A stretch of DNA of 64,000 nucleotides. Source: Tubiluchus corallicola. Its lineage: Eukaryota > Animalia > Priapulida. Below, in pieces: positions 61,801 to 64,000 of the stretch. A program made the position numbers and the translations under genes. Within the stretch, counting starts at the first letter, position 1. Each line of letters opens with the position of its first letter. The notes beneath the pieces were generated by a model, which was given only the letters and a program-made list of their open reading frames with translations, ran no database searches and had not been told where the DNA came from. The stretch covers positions 1 through 64,000 of the forward strand of contig JAQGDQ010000014.1 of NCBI GenBank assembly GCA_030141605.1. The letters run 5' to 3'.

Positions 61801-63926
61801 TGCTAAAAAAAAATGAAGTTATAAACGTGCAGTTGCTTACCATCACACCGGCTATAAAAATTATTTCCACTTTACTACAGTGTCTATTACTGATTACATA
61901 TAGTTTTAATTTACCAAAAATTATAAACAATTTGCTTGACATAAGCAACTTTCTTACTGTGGTTATGGTTTAAAACCAAAATTATTTCCATTTCAGTTAG
62001 CATTAACTTGTTTTAGTTCAGACAAAATAAATGCACAATTTTCAGGATGCAGGCAGACTTTTTGTAAAACCTCTGTGAATGACCATAATGCGCCAAACAT
62101 TTTCCAAATCTATTGCAGTATCATATTCAGGTAATTCAAACACAATTAAAAACGGATGTAAAATGTACTCCTTTTGCAATTTTCGTTGTTTATTGAATTG
62201 AAGCTATCAATTCTTATATGTGCTCCCAATTATTAATGAGCACAGACGTAAACATCAAGACATTCTTAATTAAGAAAAAAGCAATAATATCATTAATATA
62301 GCAAAGAGGATGCCTTCTCTCAAAAATTGTAAGTATTTTTCACGATGAAAGTGCACTATACCAGTTCAGTTTGCGTAAAAAATTTGTTAATTTTATCAAC
62401 AGTGAAAAGAGGTTTTAAGCCACGGGGCTGCACATCATTTGTCTACATATTAAAAGTGGCATTTACCTAGCATCCGGAATGCGTATGCGTTATGCTTTGT
62501 CAACCTGCAAAATAGCTGCAGAATAAAAAATCAATAAGAAATAACTGCAGAAAAAAATAATGCAGGATGCAGGTCTGATAACAGGTGCAGTGAAAACAAT
62601 ATAAATTGATTTTATCTATTTTGCACCCCCCATAATGCATATGCATTCTGGATGCTAGGTAAACACCACTTTATGCAAGCATATTACTAAATTTATTGCA
62701 ATGCAAATGAAATATTCTATATTTTAAATACATACCCGATGGTTCTCCAGGTGTAGTATAAGTTACATGTGTCATCTTCACAGTTGGTTTTGGTTTTGGA
62801 GCGACTTTAGGTGACTCGGGCTTGGGAGAAATTCTAGGCAATTCTTGTCCTATTTTTGCGACATTAACTGGTTTAGGTGGAACTTTGGGCGATTCGGCTT
62901 TTGTCACGGGAGCTATAAGAGGTTTGGGAGGAACTACAGGTGACTCTGCAGGCTTCACTGGTGGTGCCACATTCTGTCTCGGAGCAACTTTGGGTGATTC
63001 GGTTACACGTGATGCTAAGTGTAATGGATATATAAGCGTAAAACAGAAATCCATTCACCATGCACAATAAACTATCAACTACAAATGAGGAGCCTAATTT
63101 TCGGTTTTCAGTTTTTAATGAATGTTAAAAAGGCCTCCTAAACTGTATGGAGACATATCACTCGTAGCATCTTTGTAGACATGCTAACTTATAAATGTAG
63201 CTTTTTGCACAATCAAAAGTTCACTATCAAATTTCACTAGTTCACAAAAAACTTGAAAAAACGAAAACCGAAAATGTATATTCTAAGAACAAACTACTAT
63301 ATATTCATCCAAGCAATCAGGCACATATGCAACATATTAGAATGTGTAGCTATGCACACGAACATGGTAAGAGACAACATACATATGAGTTAAATTAAGA
63401 AAATCAGTAATTCAATAGGTGATGATTCAAATCAGACATAAAAAATAGCAAAAGAAATATCTTATGCAATGTAAGTTTATAAGAGACCAGTTGACCCTGC
63501 TCTGCAAATTTAATAGTTTCTAGAATTAGTGATAAAAATTTCATGCTGTTTTTTTAGTGTAATGCATAGTTTAACTTTCAGATTATCAAGCATGTGTTTA
63601 ACAAGCTGCAACAGAAACAGTGGAAAAAGCAAATAATAAAATACAGGCCCACTAAACCTATTTATTAATCCTTCCTCTAACTGTATGGAAAATGAAAATA
63701 AGTATATTGAGGTAGTTTTCGCTTGTAGCCAAAAAGCACAATGCATGTACTGTGAAAAAGTTGATGTTCATTCATTAATATTATTCAATAGTTAAACTTA
63801 ATAATGTAATTGTGTTGTTTCCTGTCTATCAATTACTGAGAACTTGATAATACCAACCTTGCACAACCGCAGGTTGTGGCGCTGATACAGGAGTTTCTGG
63901 CTTTGACAGTGACTCCAGAAATAAAG
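22748..63926 (-). CDS. DLG1: Discs large 1 (MAGUK), multi-exon, 5' part (L27/PDZ1/PDZ2) outside the window
   Basis: Phase-consistent exons encoding PDZ3 (GLGFNIVGG), SH3 (ALFEYD...DDEWWQA...GIIPSKR), HOOK and GUK (RPVVILGP...[14 protein letters not shown]...[12 protein letters not shown]). Confidence 0.96.
23115..23440. repeat. Minisatellite, about 32-34 bp unit (ggctagagagaccagaacctgcctcaatatcaa), about 10 copies
   Basis: Directly visible tandem units in the last DLG1 intron. Confidence 0.92.
23644..23735 (-). CDS. DLG1: DLG1 GUK exon ([30 protein letters not shown])
   Basis: 92 nt, AG/GT boundaries, phase 2 to 1. Confidence 0.94.
24798..24907 (-). CDS. DLG1: DLG1 GUK exon ([25 protein letters not shown]...)
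   Basis: 110 nt, AG/GT boundaries. Confidence 0.94.
25823..25995 (-). CDS. DLG1: DLG1 GUK exon ([18 protein letters not shown]...VKEVAES)
   Basis: 173 nt, AG/GT boundaries. Confidence 0.95.
26533..26676 (-). CDS. DLG1: DLG1 exon (EPVLSYEAV...KFGSCVP)
   Basis: 144 nt, phase 1-1. Confidence 0.94.
27144..27481. mobile_element. Tc1-mariner/pogo-type MITE
   Basis: Imperfect TIRs of about 24 bp (cactcatatcttagtttgtcagac / gtccagtaaaccgagatatgagtg) flanked by TA. Confidence 0.75.
27845..27895 (-). CDS. DLG1: DLG1 HOOK cassette exon, I5-like ([16 protein letters not shown])
   Basis: 51 nt, ttcag / gtgagt, phase 1-1; SDSE motif as in the vertebrate DLG1 I5 insert. Confidence 0.8.
28146..28172 (-). 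CDS. DLG1: DLG1 HOOK micro-exon (GDEQSPTR)
   Basis: 27 nt, tttttacag / gttagt, phase 1-1. Confidence 0.7.
29054..29162 (-). CDS. DLG1: DLG1 HOOK exon B, I3-like ([26 protein letters not shown]...)
   Basis: 109 nt, phase 0 to 1, SRKFPF motif of the I3 insert. Confidence 0.88.
29233..29320 (-). CDS. DLG1: DLG1 HOOK exon A ([29 protein letters not shown])
   Basis: 88 nt, tcttacag / gtaatt, phase 0 to 1; paralogous in pattern to exon B. Confidence 0.82.
29501..29579 (-). CDS. DLG1: DLG1 HOOK helix exon ([26 protein letters not shown])
   Basis: 79 nt, phase 2 to 0. Confidence 0.92.
29718..29790 (-). pseudogene. tRNA-derived relic (tRNA pseudogene or SINE head; CAT anticodon-like loop)
   Basis: A-box TGGCTCAGTTG, B-box GGTTCAAGTC and loop ctCATaa, but stems are poorly paired. 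Confidence 0.55.
30540..31280 (+). mobile_element. Degenerate non-LTR retrotransposon (CR1/L2-like) APE endonuclease fragment, antisense in a DLG1 intron
   Basis: Motifs [28 protein letters not shown] and SDH, interrupted by a stop/frameshift. Confidence 0.85.
31998..32174 (-). CDS. DLG1: DLG1 SH3 exon
   Basis: 177 nt; [40 protein letters not shown]...GIIPSKR. Confidence 0.95.
32562..32770 (-). CDS. DLG1: DLG1 PDZ3 C-half/linker exon
   Basis: 209 nt; [19 protein letters not shown]...[12 protein letters not shown]. Confidence 0.95.
33171..33327 (-). CDS. DLG1: DLG1 PDZ3 N-half exon
   Basis: 157 nt; [22 protein letters not shown]...GDQILS; phase 2 to 0. Confidence 0.95.
35683..35702 (-). CDS. 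DLG1: Putative alternative first coding exon of DLG1 (MRNTSAR)
   Basis: agaATG AGG AAT ACT AGC GCT AG|gtaacg; phase 2 matches the PDZ3 exon; CpG-richer sequence upstream (about 35700-36010). Confidence 0.55.
38683..39130. repeat. Near-perfect tandem duplication, 2 x about 223 bp
   Basis: 38683-38905 and 38908-39130; one visible substitution (ataactgagg vs ataattgagg). Confidence 0.95.
39634..39735. repeat. Short direct duplication of about 46 bp
   Basis: aacctttttggctttaagaaagacgacatttataaaaagatgtgat occurs twice. Confidence 0.9.
42690..42880. repeat. Degenerate minisatellite, about 40 bp unit (aagacttttcttgacgtcaacttaagttaattgttac)
   Basis: 4-5 visible units. Confidence 0.8.
44420..44940 (+). 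mobile_element. Degenerate LINE ORF2 3' end (CR1/L2-like)
   Basis: Conceptual translation [15 protein letters not shown]...SFKKRI...FSIGSR and FLECSRY, typical of post-RT C-termini; followed by (TA)n. Confidence 0.6.
45655..45790. repeat. Imperfect direct repeat (ctgttgagcggtgacagtgaaaaac...ctgagc) x2
   Basis: Directly visible, period about 81 bp. Confidence 0.85.
48207..48577. mobile_element. MITE family C copy 1
   Basis: TIRs aataagccttttcacagt / actgtgaaaaggcttatt; inverted copy at 58216-58639. Confidence 0.8.
49840..50080 (-). repeat. Dispersed repeat, inverted partner of 52890-53155
   Basis: Reverse complement shares taaatttgaaga..gccatttttcattg, gtcacg.ggtcaccaaagat, ggtaaccaaagac and aaaaaggtaag. 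Confidence 0.75.
52890..53155 (+). repeat. Dispersed repeat, inverted partner of 49840-50080
   Basis: Shares the same motifs as its partner at 49840-50080. Confidence 0.75.
54203..54374. repeat. Perfect tandem duplication, 2 x 85 bp
   Basis: gaactagcagagggcc...gtgaaaactgag occurs twice. Confidence 0.95.
55798..55918 (-). CDS. DLG1: DLG1 pre-PDZ3 exon ([16 protein letters not shown]...VGEDELTR)
   Basis: 121 nt, phase 1 to 2; DELTR|EPR matches the conserved DLG 'DDITREPR' junction. Confidence 0.9.
56443..56523 (-). CDS. DLG1: DLG1 linker cassette exon ([26 protein letters not shown])
   Basis: 81 nt, ctgtcag / gtaagt, phase 1-1. Confidence 0.8.
56955..57137 (-). CDS. DLG1: DLG1 linker cassette exon ([11 protein letters not shown]...LLGPGFR)
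   Basis: 183 nt, tttctgtag / gtttgt, phase 1-1, GC-rich open frame. Confidence 0.72.
57364..57417 (-). CDS. DLG1: DLG1 linker cassette exon ([17 protein letters not shown])
   Basis: 54 nt, tttctttcatag / gtgagg, phase 1-1. Confidence 0.72.
57760..57864 (-). CDS. DLG1: DLG1 linker cassette exon ([32 protein letters not shown])
   Basis: 105 nt, ttttgacag / gtcagt, phase 1-1. Confidence 0.75.
58216..58639. mobile_element. MITE family C copy 2 (inverted)
   Basis: TIRs caataagccttttcacagt / actgtgaaaaggtttaattg; internal similarity to 48207-48577. Confidence 0.78.
59082..59162 (-). CDS. DLG1: DLG1 linker cassette exon ([26 protein letters not shown])
   Basis: 81 nt, tttctttcacag / gtgagt, phase 1-1. 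Confidence 0.8.
59357..60011. mobile_element. MITE family B (about 650 bp)
   Basis: Imperfect TIRs aaatgtgtgcttgcatagcaaaa / ttttgttttgcaagcacacaaat; second copy at about 11500-11997. Confidence 0.7.
60806..60868 (-). CDS. DLG1: DLG1 linker cassette exon ([20 protein letters not shown])
   Basis: 63 nt, ttattag / gtgaga, phase 1-1. Confidence 0.78.
61035..61064 (-). CDS. DLG1: DLG1 linker micro-exon (FKPPAEKPT)
   Basis: 30 nt, tttttatttag / gtgaga, phase 1-1. Confidence 0.75.
61472..61540 (-). CDS. DLG1: DLG1 linker cassette exon ([22 protein letters not shown])
   Basis: 69 nt, ttgtag / gtgaga, phase 1-1. Confidence 0.78.
62452..62672. mobile_element. Small degenerate MITE/foldback element
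   Basis: Inverted termini of about 42 bp: aaaagtggcatttacctagcatccggaatgcgtatgcgttatg / cataatgcatatgcattctggatgctaggtaaacaccacttta. Confidence 0.7.
62736..63014 (-). CDS. DLG1: DLG1 linker exon with (A/T)ESPKV(A/P)P(K/R) repeats
   Basis: 279 nt, cacttag / gtatgt, phase 1-1, open frame. Confidence 0.82.
63858..63926 (-). CDS. DLG1: DLG1 linker cassette exon ([22 protein letters not shown])
   Basis: 69 nt, ctttgccgtatag / gttggt, phase 1-1. Confidence 0.68.
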
Positions 63927-64000
63927 CTATACGGCAAAGTATTAATACGTTATAATATCACACACAGCAATAGAGCAGATGCTGATTAATCAATTAGACA

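Overview
AT-rich eukaryotic (invertebrate metazoan-type) genomic DNA with spliceosomal introns; no prokaryotic features. Left to right: (1) a putative minus-strand spliced gene for an uncharacterised secreted Cys-containing protein. I assembled it by hand from exons at about 8495-9037, a 21-nt micro-exon at 3370-3390, 729-819 and <=479. (2) Two intronless plus-strand ORFs, DAP3/MRPS29 (15644-16936) and EEF1AKMT2/METTL10 (19918-20589). Each is directly preceded by a 3' splice acceptor, and they are separated mainly by a hAT MITE and an internally deleted Tigger/pogo element. This suggests an operon-like unit or a shared-leader, alternative-terminal-exon unit. (3) The 3' part of discs large (DLG1, PDZ3-SH3-HOOK-GUK) on the minus strand from 22748 to the window end. 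It has two mutually exclusive basic HOOK (I3-like) exons, a likely internal first exon giving a PDZ3-first isoform, and a linker upstream of PDZ3 expanded by at least 10 symmetric phase-1 Pro/Glu/Val/Lys/Ser-rich cassette exons. Introns carry several MITEs with identifiable TIRs/TSDs, LINE remnants, a tRNA-derived relic, minisatellites and local tandem duplications. All exon boundaries were read by eye and need RNA-seq confirmation.
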